64,000 nucleotides of DNA from a virus (IMGVR_UViG_3300031555_007715); one strand, 5' to 3'. Shown: positions 39,734 to 50,627, numbered from the stretch's first letter. Notes: generated by a model from the sequence alone, not told the origin. Program-made: numbers and translations.

Positions 39734-41377
39734 ATGAAAAAATTTATTGCATGCATTATTTCATTATTTCTTATGACTATTATTATTTTCATAAATAAAG
39801 CCCCGATTGAGGCATTAGTTACTTATACTGTAACATCAGATGTTTATGCAGCCCAGAGTAGCTCTTATACGATAAAAATTCCTAAAAAAATATCATTATC
39901 AGGAAACGATGGAACGGCTGTTTATGGAATATCTTTAAAAGGAAATATATCTGGAACAGATGTTATAAGTGTTGTGCCAAATGAGAATTTTATAATGTCT
40001 CAGAGGGGAAAAGACGATGTTATTGCTAATATTACTCAGGATAAAACAGATTTTACTTATGCTATGGGCGTAAGGCCAGATGTTGATGTCGTTTATGTTG
40101 GGAATATAAATATGGAATCAATTTCTGCTGGTAAGTGGTATGGAACCTTTAATTTTGATATATATAGTTCTATTGAAATAACCAAGGACTCGATTTCATC
40201 TTCCACGTCAGATATTTATGGAGATAATATATTAGGAAGAGATGATGAACAAAATAAAACAACTGAATATAAAGAATTGTTATATTATCATTATCATGAT
40301 TTTGTCGAAAATCAAACAAAAGAACCAAATTGTACAGAAGATGGTTATATAAAGCATGTTTGTTCGTCATGTGGAACGGTTCATTTAGATATTATTGACG
40401 AAACGGGGCATAGCTATATAACAACTGTTATTGAAAGTACTTGCTGTGATGGTGGATATACGCTTCATGAGTGTACGCTTTGTGGACATTTGTATATTGA
40501 TAATTATACTAATCCGTTAGGACATCAATATAATGAACAAAGCGGTATTTGTGGGGATTGTGGAGAAAGTCAGGCAGGAGTATATGATTCAAATGGTTTG
40601 TTACAATCATGGGAAAAGTTAGTGAATAATAATATTTTAGCCGTTGATGAGAATGGTGTATTATATAATCCTAATTCAACAGAATCTTTTATACTATCAA
40701 ATAATATGCATGAAAAACTTATTATAGATAGTGGAGTAAAAGTTATTAAGGAAAGAACGTTTGACACTTGTGTATCCCTTAAAGAAGTTGTAATGCCTGA
40801 TACAATAGTAGAAATTGAACCTTATGCTTTTGTTCAATGTTCATCATTAAAAAATGTTGAATTTTCTAATAATCTTGTAAAAATAGGAGAGGGAGCATTT
40901 GAAAGATGTACGACTCTTGATGAGGTTAAGTTACCATCTTCTGTTGAACAAATAGACGAGAGAACTTTTTTTGCTTGTAGTTCACTTAAAAATGTTGATA
41001 TGAGTGATTGTAAAGTAACTAAATTAAAAGAGTCTACGTTTGAAAATTGTAATACATTATTAAATATTCTTTTTCCAGAATGTTTAGTTTCAATTGAAAA
41101 TAGAGTATTTTATAATTGTAGTTCGTTAACTATTGTAACAACAGGCTTAAACGTATCTGTTATAGGGGAATCGGCATTCGAGTCATGTGCATCTCTTGTG
41201 GAGTTTAATATATTAAACGGTAATTTTTCATATATAGGAAAAGATGCCTTTAAGAATTCTCACATATTAGGAAAAGTATTATTAAAAGGGATTGTGTTTG
41301 AAGATAGAGATGAATTTAATAATTTTGTTTATCAATCTGGGTTATCTCATACATCAAAGATATGGTATATGCAATAA
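39734..41377 (+). CDS. secreted surface protein: shared N-terminal domain, Cys-rich region and BspA-type leucine-rich repeats
   Basis: start reset to MKKFIACIIS. LRR units of the form F..C.SLK.V..P..V..I...AF..C. Confidence 0.65.
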   Translation: MKKFIACIISLFLMTIIIFINKAPIEALVTYTVTSDVYAAQSSSYTIKIPKKISLSGNDGTAVYGISLKGNISGTDVISVVPNENFIMSQRGKDDVIANITQDKTDFTYAMGVRPDVDVVYVGNINMESISAGKWYGTFNFDIYSSIEITKDSISSSTSDIYGDNILGRDDEQNKTTEYKELLYYHYHDFVENQTKEPNCTEDGYIKHVCSSCGTVHLDIIDETGHSYITTVIESTCCDGGYTLHECTLCGHLYIDNYTNPLGHQYNEQSGICGDCGESQAGVYDSNGLLQSWEKLVNNNILAVDENGVLYNPNSTESFILSNNMHEKLIIDSGVKVIKERTFDTCVSLKEVVMPDTIVEIEPYAFVQCSSLKNVEFSNNLVKIGEGAFERCTTLDEVKLPSSVEQIDERTFFACSSLKNVDMSDCKVTKLKESTFENCNTLLNILFPECLVSIENRVFYNCSSLTIVTTGLNVSVIGESAFESCASLVEFNILNGNFSYIGKDAFKNSHILGKVLLKGIVFEDRDEFNNFVYQSGLSHTSKIWYMQ

Positions 41378-41446
41378 TCTTGAATGACTAATAATTGATA
41401 AAAATTAAACACCCACTGTTTTATAAGAATAGTGGGTGTTTTTTAT

Positions 41447-41809
41447 TTAAACAAAAATCCAACAGGCAGTAATAATAGCGGCAATTCCATACAATAATTG
41501 GAAAAAACCTCCTACATATCCAAACGTATAAATAGTTTCTGGTTTATTTGGATTAATATATATTTTTACAAAAGTGCCTTTTTTATTAGAGTTAAAAAAC
41601 AGGCGCGAAATTTCGTTTTCATAGGAAATTTTATTATATAAATATTTTATTTTTGCAATATAATTCTTATACTTTACCCCATCTTGCCAATAAGAATTAA
41701 TTATTGTTGCTGTAATTTTAACTGCATCTTTTCTTCTATAAATGCTTAGTATTCCTAAAACGACAAATACTATTCCATAAATGAGTAAACATAAATTTAA
41801 TATAATCAT
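41447..41809 (-). CDS. small membrane protein (3 TM)
   Basis: hydrophobic ORF; RBS AAAAGGAGAAAA. Confidence 0.5.
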   Translation of the reverse strand: MIILNLCLLIYGIVFVVLGILSIYRRKDAVKITATIINSYWQDGVKYKNYIAKIKYLYNKISYENEISRLFFNSNKKGTFVKIYINPNKPETIYTFGYVGGFFQLLYGIAAIITACWIFV

Positions 41810-41848
41810 TAGCATTTTCTCCTTTTATTAATTTGTTGTGTTTTTTAT

Positions 41849-42334
41849 TTAAATATATCCCCAAATGTATTTTGCTATTTCCTTAAATATTTCATTATCT
41901 CGTTCTAATTCAATATATTCTTTTTTTTCAGGGTTATACTTATAAACGATAAAGTCTGTATTAACATTTTGTTCAGAATTATAATATGAAACACCAATTG
42001 GCGCTTTGCTAATACATGCATATTCATAGCAACCTGCTTCATTTATATCACCAATATTGTTAATTACATACTTTTTTGCTTCTTCTATATCAACATGAAA
42101 GCTACTAATAAAATAATCAATTGAATATTTTTTCTGTTTCCAGTTTTCTAAATAATTGCAAAACTGTTCAAAAGAATATTCTTCTTCTGTTTTATTTGTT
42201 TTTATTAAATATATTTTATATTCTTTTATTAGCATTTCATTGGTTTTTTCACATATATTCACAGGGTATACCATATATATGTCTTCTATTGAACTCAAAT
42301 CTACAGGTTGGATTATCCATGAGCCATTATTCAT
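41849..42334 (-). CDS. hypothetical protein
   Basis: start reset to MNNGSW after AAAAGAGGT; terminator at 42369-42402 upstream of the next gene. Confidence 0.5.
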   Translation of the reverse strand: MNNGSWIIQPVDLSSIEDIYMVYPVNICEKTNEMLIKEYKIYLIKTNKTEEEYSFEQFCNYLENWKQKKYSIDYFISSFHVDIEEAKKYVINNIGDINEAGCYEYACISKAPIGVSYYNSEQNVNTDFIVYKYNPEKKEYIELERDNEIFKEIAKYIWGYI

Positions 42335-42407
42335 AAATATACCTCTTTTCACTATTTATTGTTAGTGTCCCACAGAAAGTTTAATAATACTTTCTGTGGG
42401 ATAGTTA

Positions 42408-44414
42408 CTAGTTACTTATATTGTTTAATGCATGAATCTTGTCAGTAGAACAGCCAAGTCTAATTTTTTTACAAATGTATTTTGCAAATTTTATTAGCTC
42501 TTCGTCATAAACAGTTCTATTGTTGGAATAATAGCACTGTCCTAACCCAGATTTAGTGCATTCGGCTGTTATAAAGGATGTTGTAGGTGTATCTTTTTTT
42601 CTAATAAAGAAGATGACGCAATAACCATTTTTAACTCTATAAGGATAAGAACCAACACAGTTATGTTGTTGATTTCCTTCATTGATAAAATCAGCTTCGG
42701 AAGATGGGAATATAATAGTATATTCTTCAAACAATTTAGGAATACCTACTGGTAATTCTTCTTTGTCTTGTAAATTTGGTAAAACATATCTTTCACATTC
42801 CTTTGATATTGTTTCAAGTTTTGCATCTTCTAGTTTTCTGTTTCTTTCTTTAAAGAAATTTGTCATTTTGTCGTGTTGTTCTTTTATACTTTTGGGATAT
42901 TTGTCTGGTTCTATTTGACACATATCGCACATTGTTAAGTAGTCACTCATATAGTCAACCGTTTCTGATATTTCTATTTTATACTGCTTAGATTGTTTCA
43001 TAATATAGTTGTATAAAGTTTCTGGTGAATATCCAAATTTTAAGATATTACCTATATCCTTACAATCACTTTGACTGTTAATCCATGAATAATTGAATGA
43101 TTCTGTGAAATTATCGAAATTTTCTTTCGATATTTTTGTTAATTCATAGAAATCTCTCCAATAAAAATATTCTTCTAAGGTTGCATTCTTTTTCATTAAA
43201 TATTCACCAATATAAACAGGAATTCTCAACGCACTTTTACCCTTAGAAGTTTCACTGTCAATTAATCCGCTTAAAGACTTTACTTTTTGTTGAATATCTG
43301 ACTTTGAAAAACTATTTTTAATACTATCATATACAGTAAAGAAAAGTCTTGGCTGTCCCATTTTAACAATTTGTTCCATAACAGGGTACATATTAAATAT
43401 ACATAAGAAAATAATAAAAAACATTTCCAAGCTATATCTTTCTGGAGAATATTTTAAAACAGTCTGAAATCCCGACATTTTAAGAAACTTTTCATGTTTT
43501 AATGCAAAATCATCAAAATCATCGCAATCTTTATATGTAACCTCTGGAACGAATGTGATGTTTTTACTATTAATGTTAAAGAAGTCAAATGTGTCACAAG
43601 GCGTTATTTTAGTTTTTTGTTGGCGATAACATTGTATATTTCCGCCAATAATATGTTCAAGGACGGCGTCAATGTAGTATTTATCGTTTATAACATTATT
43701 TTTAACAGACATTTCTCTTGTTATTTTATATATTATAATGCCGTTATCTACACCATAAACATAAAACATTGATTTTCTAAATGTTTGACTAAGGTCTCTA
43801 ACACTTGTTGAATAACTATATGACTGGTAATTTGTTTCTTTATATTTTTTATATTCACTTGAAACAATACGTTGTGATACGGTTGCATTACAATAAGGGC
43901 ATATTGTTTGATACTGTTTTGGTTGAACTGACAGTTTATGACACGCAGGACAAACTGTTCTAAATATATTAGGATTGCCGTAAGTATCTTTTATGCCAGA
44001 AAAATCATCACCTACGATAATAGCAGGAAAGTTCATTTTTTCTGAAAATACTTTTTTAACTTCATCAACTATTTCATTAGGAATATTTTTATCGATTATT
44101 TCTTTGTAGTCATAATCATATTTATATTCTTCGGGGATAATTAAAAGTTTTATTTCATGTTCCTGAATATTGGTTGAAACAACTTCTTCATTTAGTGAAC
44201 TAATACATTTTACTAAAGATTTTTCTCTTGTAAAAGCAATATCAATAGGTTTTTGATATGTTGCACATTTGTTGTTTTTAATTAAATCGTACTCATCTTT
44301 AGACAAAGTACGATATTTGTATATAACAGATATCTCATCATTTACTTTTTTCATAATCATGTATCGATATCCGTAACTTCCATAGTCTTTTTTTCTTGTT
44401 ACAATTGCCTCCAT
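42408..44414 (-). CDS. PcfJ-like protein with zinc ribbons (paralog 2, close to paralog 3)
   Basis: CPACHK...CPYCNA. C-terminal EGNQQHNCVGSY...CVIFFIRKK...ITAEC. Confidence 0.65.
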   Translation of the reverse strand: MEAIVTRKKDYGSYGYRYMIMKKVNDEISVIYKYRTLSKDEYDLIKNNKCATYQKPIDIAFTREKSLVKCISSLNEEVVSTNIQEHEIKLLIIPEEYKYDYDYKEIIDKNIPNEIVDEVKKVFSEKMNFPAIIVGDDFSGIKDTYGNPNIFRTVCPACHKLSVQPKQYQTICPYCNATVSQRIVSSEYKKYKETNYQSYSYSTSVRDLSQTFRKSMFYVYGVDNGIIIYKITREMSVKNNVINDKYYIDAVLEHIIGGNIQCYRQQKTKITPCDTFDFFNINSKNITFVPEVTYKDCDDFDDFALKHEKFLKMSGFQTVLKYSPERYSLEMFFIIFLCIFNMYPVMEQIVKMGQPRLFFTVYDSIKNSFSKSDIQQKVKSLSGLIDSETSKGKSALRIPVYIGEYLMKKNATLEEYFYWRDFYELTKISKENFDNFTESFNYSWINSQSDCKDIGNILKFGYSPETLYNYIMKQSKQYKIEISETVDYMSDYLTMCDMCQIEPDKYPKSIKEQHDKMTNFFKERNRKLEDAKLETISKECERYVLPNLQDKEELPVGIPKLFEEYTIIFPSSEADFINEGNQQHNCVGSYPYRVKNGYCVIFFIRKKDTPTTSFITAECTKSGLGQCYYSNNRTVYDEELIKFAKYICKKIRLGCSTDKIHALNNISN

Positions 44415-44738
44415 CAAACCATCTCCCTTTTTACATATTTTTATATTATAATTATACCATAAATTATTCTTTTTGTCACTAAAAAAATGCTTTTTTACAC
44501 AAAAAAAGGGTCGCTATTTCTAGCAACCCCAAAGAACTAAGCCGTGAATAACAGAGATGAATTTGGTGGACAATTCCTATCTCGGAATCGTCCTTTTCTT
44601 CTTGTTATTGTTATTCGATGGAATATTCGATGGAATCATCTTCCCCGCTACGGCTAAAGACTTTATGTTTTTATTATATAACAATATTTTCATAAAGTCA
44701 AATGAAAGTTCCCTATTGAGTAGTTTTTTGTTTTATGG

Positions 44739-45098
44739 TTAGAATACTTCCCATATACCATCGGGTCTCATCTGAGCAAATGCGAGCAATTGGGTAAGAG
44801 GAATTTTTGCATTTCCCTCTGTTGCCTTCCAGTAATCAGGGTCAGTATCATTACCTAACTGGGCTATAGCATTCTTTAAGATGGGAATACTTTCTGCTCC
44901 AGATAATCCATGTAACACCCTAATACCATGTTCCTTATCAACTACATCATAATAATACTTTGAGTAATTATAAGTAATGTTTAGCCACATTTCTTTGGTT
45001 CCACCTGAGCAATATGTTCCTCCTGCCATCATATGTGGCATTTGTGCTTCAAGAGTTTCGTTTGTAACCGATGATTTCAATGAAACATCATAACTCAT
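44739..45098 (-). CDS. hypothetical protein (119 aa)
   Basis: AACGAAGGAGGTG leader. Confidence 0.5.
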   Translation of the reverse strand: MSYDVSLKSSVTNETLEAQMPHMMAGGTYCSGGTKEMWLNITYNYSKYYYDVVDKEHGIRVLHGLSGAESIPILKNAIAQLGNDTDPDYWKATEGNAKIPLTQLLAFAQMRPDGIWEVF

Positions 45099-45181
45099 TT
45101 AATACACCTCCTTCGTTGCCTGTTGATGTAATATAACTTAACAGTTATATTATATAACAAAATAGATAAAAATTATATTTT

Positions 45182-45844
45182 TTATTCTTTATTATTTCTT
45201 TTATCTTTGATATCTCTACTTTCAATAATCATTTTACGATATTCTTCATAGTTGTCGAAATTTATATATTCACCGTTATATACATCAAAACATTTTTCAC
45301 CATTTGCCATTTCATATTCATTTGCAGATACGATAATATATATGTCTTTTCTATAAGAATTTTCTAGAATTGTTTTAAAAAGCCCTTCTTTTAAGTCAAT
45401 GATGTTATCTATACTCAAACCACTGTCTACTGCATCAAATAAAATCCATCTTTCGTTATTAACAACTTTTTCGTTCTCGGGCAAAAAGTCTTTACTTATT
45501 CCCGTTTCGATAAAACGTTTTAAATTTTTTGCAATGTGCATTATATTTAAGACAATGTTTTCTCCTTCTGATGAACACATACTTTCAGCAAGAAAGCTAA
45601 AATCTCCCCTAAAACAACTCGCAGAGCGGGCATTAGAGCCGCCGTCATTTAAATTATCAAATAAAACAAAAGGAATTTCTTCTTTTTTTAGTTCTCTTTT
45701 AATTTCTTTGATTAGCGATGTTTTTCCTATGCCGTTACATCCAACTAAAACAGTAACGCCATCTTTTATTGTAATACAATCTTTTTTGAAGACATTTTCT
45801 CCCTCAACGTGAGGGTCTTTTATTAGTGAAAATTTTCTACTCAT
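45182..45844 (-). CDS. P-loop ATPase (AAA/ABC-like)
   Basis: Walker A GCNGIGKTS and Walker B ILFDAVD. Confidence 0.55.
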   Translation of the reverse strand: MSRKFSLIKDPHVEGENVFKKDCITIKDGVTVLVGCNGIGKTSLIKEIKRELKKEEIPFVLFDNLNDGGSNARSASCFRGDFSFLAESMCSSEGENIVLNIMHIAKNLKRFIETGISKDFLPENEKVVNNERWILFDAVDSGLSIDNIIDLKEGLFKTILENSYRKDIYIIVSANEYEMANGEKCFDVYNGEYINFDNYEEYRKMIIESRDIKDKRNNKE

Positions 45845-45904
45845 ATTTGATATCCTTTCATTATTGTTAGAAATCCCCGCTTTCGTTATAAAGCGGGGAT
45901 ATTT

Positions 45905-46396
45905 TTATACTCCTAATAATTCTTTAATTTGAATTTCTGATATTGGTGTGTAGTTGATTTGTTCTACGGATACACAAAAATATCTGTTGCCATCTTTCCA
46001 TTTTCTATTTAACAATCCATAATTAAATCTGTGTAAATGGCCATGGATATTAAGATATGGAATTTCAGGTGGCATATACCCAATTGGTTCATGGGATAAC
46101 CACAAATACCCCACCATTATAGGGTGTGTATTAACCTCAATGCTAGGAAATTTCTTTCTAATTTCATTAGCATCATCATGATTTCCTGTTACAATGATAA
46201 TTTTTCCTTTTAAATGTTCTAAAATTTCAATATCCCCAATATCTCCACAAAGATATACTTCATCATCATCATTAATTGTTGAGTTCCAATTGTTGATAAT
46301 AACGCTTCGCATGTCTTCAACATCTTTGAATGGTCTATGCTCATATGTTAAAATATTCTCATCTTTATTGTGGATATCTGCAATAAAATAACGCAT
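45905..46396 (-). CDS. calcineurin-like metallophosphoesterase
   Basis: ADIHN, CGDIGD, GNHDD and GHLH motifs. Confidence 0.7.
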   Translation of the reverse strand: MRYFIADIHNKDENILTYEHRPFKDVEDMRSVIINNWNSTINDDDEVYLCGDIGDIEILEHLKGKIIIVTGNHDDANEIRKKFPSIEVNTHPIMVGYLWLSHEPIGYMPPEIPYLNIHGHLHRFNYGLLNRKWKDGNRYFCVSVEQINYTPISEIQIKELLGV

Positions 46397-46432
46397 ATTT
46401 ATACCTTCTTTCTCTTAAAAACGAGTTATTTG

Positions 46433-46972
46433 TTAGTCGACGATAACAACATTTTCTCCAAACTTTTCCCTAATTTCACTCATTGTTACATATACAACGG
46501 GTGAAATAGTTTCATCCTTATTGTAGGCGACTTTGTAATAAGGAGTATCATCACAATCGTTTTCGTCAAGCCAACCACCACCAAAGTTTTCAATAATCTC
46601 TTTGATAATGTCAACACTTGCCCCCCAACAACCCAAAGAAAGGTATGTTGTTTCGGCATTAATTAATTCTGATAAATCGTGCTCCTCATAATATTCATTG
46701 CTTTCAAGGTGATAAATGTTATCATACATATAAAATAAAGAACGTGCCTCACCCTTATAATTGAAGTAAATAAAACCACTAATACAATACCACTCTGTAT
46801 TAGAATCACTGTGTTCATTTAATTTATAGTCCCAAGTTATATCAGAAAGAGATTTATGAGAATTTCTTTCTATGTTACAGCTTACATTCTTATCGTATTT
46901 TTGTCTGATGAAATTCAAAATTTCTTCATGTCTTACAAATCCCTTAATCTTTCCGTTAGTATCTACGCCCAT
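46433..46972 (-). CDS. hypothetical protein
   Basis: RBS CAAAGGAGTGA. Confidence 0.5.
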   Translation of the reverse strand: MGVDTNGKIKGFVRHEEILNFIRQKYDKNVSCNIERNSHKSLSDITWDYKLNEHSDSNTEWYCISGFIYFNYKGEARSLFYMYDNIYHLESNEYYEEHDLSELINAETTYLSLGCWGASVDIIKEIIENFGGGWLDENDCDDTPYYKVAYNKDETISPVVYVTMSEIREKFGENVVIVD

Positions 46973-47128
46973 TTAAATCACTCCTTTGTTATTTGATAAG
47001 TTAATTATAACACATTATATGGTATTTGTCTACGCTTATAATGTTAAATTTAAAATATGTTTTTGTTCATGCTATAATATTATTGTTAGTTGTTGTTTAA
47101 GTTTTCAACTTTACGAAGGAGGTAGAAA

Positions 47129-48907
47129 ATGATTGAAAAACTGAACCGTGCATTTGTGAGAAAATTGTTTCTGGATAATTGTACAGAACCAATTGTCACA
47201 CTTGTAAAACCGACCCTTAAGGGAGAGACATACTCTTCTTATGGTGGTGGTACTAGAGGAAATGTTGTTATTTCTTCGAAAAAGATTATTTTGATGTGTC
47301 CTTGCAATGGCTTTGAAAAGCAGGAACTATCGGGAAATGCCGTCGAACAATGTGTTTGTCCTCTTTGTAATCAGGGATTTAATTATTGGATGAGACGTGC
47401 AAGAGTAATTTTATCCGCAGATACCGTAAAAGATGCGGAAAAGAAGTTTGCGGAAATTAACAACAAAAATGCCGCAAGATGGCAACAGGGAAATTACATT
47501 GTTTCATTTGGCGGGTACAGAACATCAACTGATGGTAAGCCTAAGTCAAGAGAAAAGTTGTTACAGACGTATTACGTTAAGGAAAAACTTGATGGAACGT
47601 GTGGTATCGATATTGTTCGTCTTACTATTAATGCAGTTGTTGATGATGGTAATATTACCTTTGAAGAGAAGTATGATAAGTGGTGTGAAGTTGTACCTGG
47701 TCAGAAAATTGCCGCGTATAAGATTACCAAGGCAAGAGGTCAGGAAGAAATCGATGTTTTTGATGCTTTTCATATTACGTCAGATAACGTTACCAACGAT
47801 GAGTGCGTTTACTATGAGGGAGCAACGTCAATGATTGATTTTATTGCGAATAATCCTGAATTTGCAAAACGTACAGGTCTTGATGAGTTGGTAATGAATT
47901 ATTTGCCGACGTCTCTTATTCCCGAAAACTCGTTGTTCTTATTGTACTTATATCTTTACAGTAAATACCCTGTTGTTGAATTACTTGTAAAGATGAAGTA
48001 TTATGGTTTGGTGTTTGGGCTGATGGATAGAATCTGCTCAGCATACAGGCGCGAGGATATTAGAGCTTCGGTTTCATCGCTCAACAAGTTATTAAATCAG
48101 ACTTCTAAGGGAAGTGCGAGTTTAAGTATTCCGTCATATATCGGTCAGTACCTTAATGCAAAGGGTGCAAAGATTGATGAGTATTTTTCATGGGTTGCCC
48201 TAAACGAATACGAAAGTATTTCTAAGGAAAACTTTGAAAAGATTATCTCAAGCGAGGCGTACTGGTATATTAATTACTATAATCAGCTTGGACAATTACC
48301 TAATATTATTAAATACGGGTATACTTTGAATCAGGTTATGAAGTATATTATGAAACAGTATTCGAATGATAATAAGTGGAATATTCGTCAGAATAAGGTT
48401 GACTATCGTACCCCTCACCAGATTACCAGTATTATTAATCTTTGGAAGGACTACCTTGAACATTGTGAACTCATGGATGTTAAGCCTGATAAATTCCCAC
48501 AGGATGTAAAAAAGGCTCATGATGATATTATATCCGCATACAAGGCAGTTAAAGATAAGATGATTGACAAGGAACTGGCACAAATTGCGGATAAATATTC
48601 TTCGTATAAGACTACGTCTAAGCATTATGATATTGTTGTTCCTCGTAGTGTTAATGATTTCGTAACAGAGGGTAATAACCAGCATAATTGTGTTGGTGGA
48701 TATGTTGAAAGTGTTAGAAAGGGTAGATGTAGGGTTTTCTTTATTAGAAAGATTGATGATATGGAAACATCGTACATTACAGCCGAATGTAATAAGCTGG
48801 GGCAATTAGCACAGATAAAGTACAGAAACAACCTTCCTGTTACTAACTACGATGAGGTAGAATACGCAAAAGCATTTTGCAAATTCATTATGTCAAAGGG
48901 TTGGTAA
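47129..48907 (+). CDS. PcfJ-like protein with zinc ribbon (paralog 3)
   Basis: CPCNG...CPLCNQ. C-terminal EGNNQHNCVGGY...CRVFFIRK...ITAEC. ACGAAGGAGGT leader. Confidence 0.65.
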   Translation: MIEKLNRAFVRKLFLDNCTEPIVTLVKPTLKGETYSSYGGGTRGNVVISSKKIILMCPCNGFEKQELSGNAVEQCVCPLCNQGFNYWMRRARVILSADTVKDAEKKFAEINNKNAARWQQGNYIVSFGGYRTSTDGKPKSREKLLQTYYVKEKLDGTCGIDIVRLTINAVVDDGNITFEEKYDKWCEVVPGQKIAAYKITKARGQEEIDVFDAFHITSDNVTNDECVYYEGATSMIDFIANNPEFAKRTGLDELVMNYLPTSLIPENSLFLLYLYLYSKYPVVELLVKMKYYGLVFGLMDRICSAYRREDIRASVSSLNKLLNQTSKGSASLSIPSYIGQYLNAKGAKIDEYFSWVALNEYESISKENFEKIISSEAYWYINYYNQLGQLPNIIKYGYTLNQVMKYIMKQYSNDNKWNIRQNKVDYRTPHQITSIINLWKDYLEHCELMDVKPDKFPQDVKKAHDDIISAYKAVKDKMIDKELAQIADKYSSYKTTSKHYDIVVPRSVNDFVTEGNNQHNCVGGYVESVRKGRCRVFFIRKIDDMETSYITAECNKLGQLAQIKYRNNLPVTNYDEVEYAKAFCKFIMSKGW

Positions 48908-49138
48908 AAACAAGGGCTTCGCTAAATATAGCGGAGCCCGTTCTTTTTAATAAAACTCAAGGTCATGTTTTTCTTTATCAAAAGAATAAATTGTTTCTGT
49001 TGCTTTTTTATTATTTTCTCTTTTCTTCTTTTTTTCTTTTTCTTTTTTATAAGCTTGTAAGCTTACAATATTATTTTTTTTCATATGCATCTCTCCCTTA
49101 AAATTCATATTGTATTTCTTGATATTATTATACCACAT

Positions 49139-49612
49139 TTAAGAGTATTTGTCTACACTTTCATTAAAAGAATCAATCAAATAACAAATAGATTCATAGT
49201 CATTAATGTCATCGGGTGAACAAAGTGGTATACAATGAATTTTTATTTTTTCAAATAGTTCTTTCTTACAATACTCATATACAGCATTGTCGTTTAAGTC
49301 TTTTATTGTTTTTTCAATTTCAGGTATTAATTCACAAGACAGATTATCTTCTCTTAAACAATTTAAAGTAATATCTAAGATAGATAATGCTAAATTTTTA
49401 TTGTCAACGTTTCTCTTTTTTCTGAAAGTCCCCATTCTTTTTAAAAGAATTTCATTTGTCGAATCGCTAACACATTCAACTATAAGGTTCTTAATATTGT
49501 CTATTTCTTTTTGTAGACTATTTTTGTGTTCAGGATATTTCTCTAATAAATTTGTTCTATCTTGTAATTCTTCTGCAAGCTCATATAATGAAATATTTTT
49601 TTTCATAAGCAA
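49139..49612 (-). CDS. hypothetical protein
   Basis: RBS AAATAAGGAGGTTG. Confidence 0.5.
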   Translation of the reverse strand: MLMKKNISLYELAEELQDRTNLLEKYPEHKNSLQKEIDNIKNLIVECVSDSTNEILLKRMGTFRKKRNVDNKNLALSILDITLNCLREDNLSCELIPEIEKTIKDLNDNAVYEYCKKELFEKIKIHCIPLCSPDDINDYESICYLIDSFNESVDKYS

Positions 49613-49751
49613 CCTCCTTATTTAATTTAATTATATTATATCATAATTTATGATTTTTGTACATAGTTATGTTTTTTTTAGATTTAATGGTATAATTCAA
49701 ATACAAAGTTTTTTGTAACAGTACAGATAGTTGTTTACGAAGGAGGCTATT

Positions 49752-49979
49752 ATGGAAGTTTGGCAGATTGTTGGATTGAGTATCATTGTTGGTATTCTTG
49801 TTGTTACATATCTCTTTTGTCTTTTTATGGATATAAAGAGATATAATAAGGGAGTTTGTCCTCATTGCGGTGAAAAGCTTACTATGTTTGATATTAATCG
49901 GCATGGTGAGAGGGGATACGCATGTGACGAATGCGGGAATTATCTTGTATGGATTGATGCCCACATAGACCGTTACTAA
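49752..49979 (+). CDS. small membrane protein with C-terminal C-P-H-C-G / C-D-E-C-G zinc ribbon
   Basis: ACGAAGGAGG leader; start reset to MEVWQIV; terminator hairpin right after the stop. Confidence 0.5.
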   Translation: MEVWQIVGLSIIVGILVVTYLFCLFMDIKRYNKGVCPHCGEKLTMFDINRHGERGYACDECGNYLVWIDAHIDRY

Positions 49980-50124
49980 ATTTTACACGAATAGCTGCTG
50001 TTGAAAAACAGTGGCTATTTTATTAAAAAAAACAGTTGATAAAAGTAATATTTAATTATATAATAATAAATGAAAGTCAGCGCGCTATAAATAAGGTCAT
50101 CCTGGTTAGATAAGAGTGGTAAAA

Positions 50125-50281
50125 TTTGGACAGGACCATTTCCACTTAAAAAAATTGACATCTTGGAAAGCAAAAAAATCGAAGAAGCCTAGCTATTAAG
50201 AGCGTAATTAAGGTGAAGAATCGAGAGAGGTAAGTTTGGACAAGACCATTCCCTCTATAAAAAAATTGACATCCTGGAAAG
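50125..50281. repeat. two approximately 47-nt direct repeats (TTTGGACARGACCATT.CC....AAAAAAATTGACATCYTGGAAAG) 110 nt apart
   Basis: copy 1 at 50125-50170, copy 2 at 50235-50281; a hairpin GGGGTCTCG...CGAACCCC plus T-run follows at 50318-50348. Confidence 0.5.
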
Positions 50282-50405
50282 AATATAAGTCGACGTAGAA
50301 ACAGGATTCTACTGTCATGGGGTCTCGATAAATTCGAACCCCTTTTTTATTGAAAAAGAAAGCGACTCCTACTTCGGACAATTCCGAATTGGAGTAGCTT
50401 TTAAG

Positions 50406-50627
50406 TTATTCTTCGATAAAATCGTCGAGAACAGGGATAAAATTCATGTTCTCATCAAAAACATGGTATCCCGCTCCAGCAATCCATTGAATGCAAGTAT
50501 GGCCATGAGACCAATCTTTACAACGGCAATGTATATTCATACGAATTTGACCGTCAGTTCTTCTTGTCTCAAGTTTTCTACCGCAATTAGGGCAAATAAT
50601 CTTTGACGTATACTTTATTTCCTTCAT
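50406..50627 (-). CDS. small zinc-ribbon protein (C-P-N-C-G...C-R-C-K...H-G-H-T-C)
   Basis: RBS CAAAGGAGGTC. Confidence 0.5.
   Translation of the reverse strand: MKEIKYTSKIICPNCGRKLETRRTDGQIRMNIHCRCKDWSHGHTCIQWIAGAGYHVFDENMNFIPVLDDFIEE

Noticed and set aside
50125-50281. CRISPR-like repeat array
   Set aside because: Only two repeat copies, 47 nt long with a 110-nt interval, no regular spacer periodicity and no cas genes. Interpreted as iterons or an operator instead.
50131-50290. TTGACA hexamers inside the direct repeats as promoters
   Set aside because: No acceptable -10 hexamer at 16-18 nt spacing after either copy.
50318-50348. Minus-strand tRNA suggested by GGGGTTCGAA on the reverse complement
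   Set aside because: The loop would be 16 nt and no acceptor or D-arm is present; it is simply a terminator hairpin.
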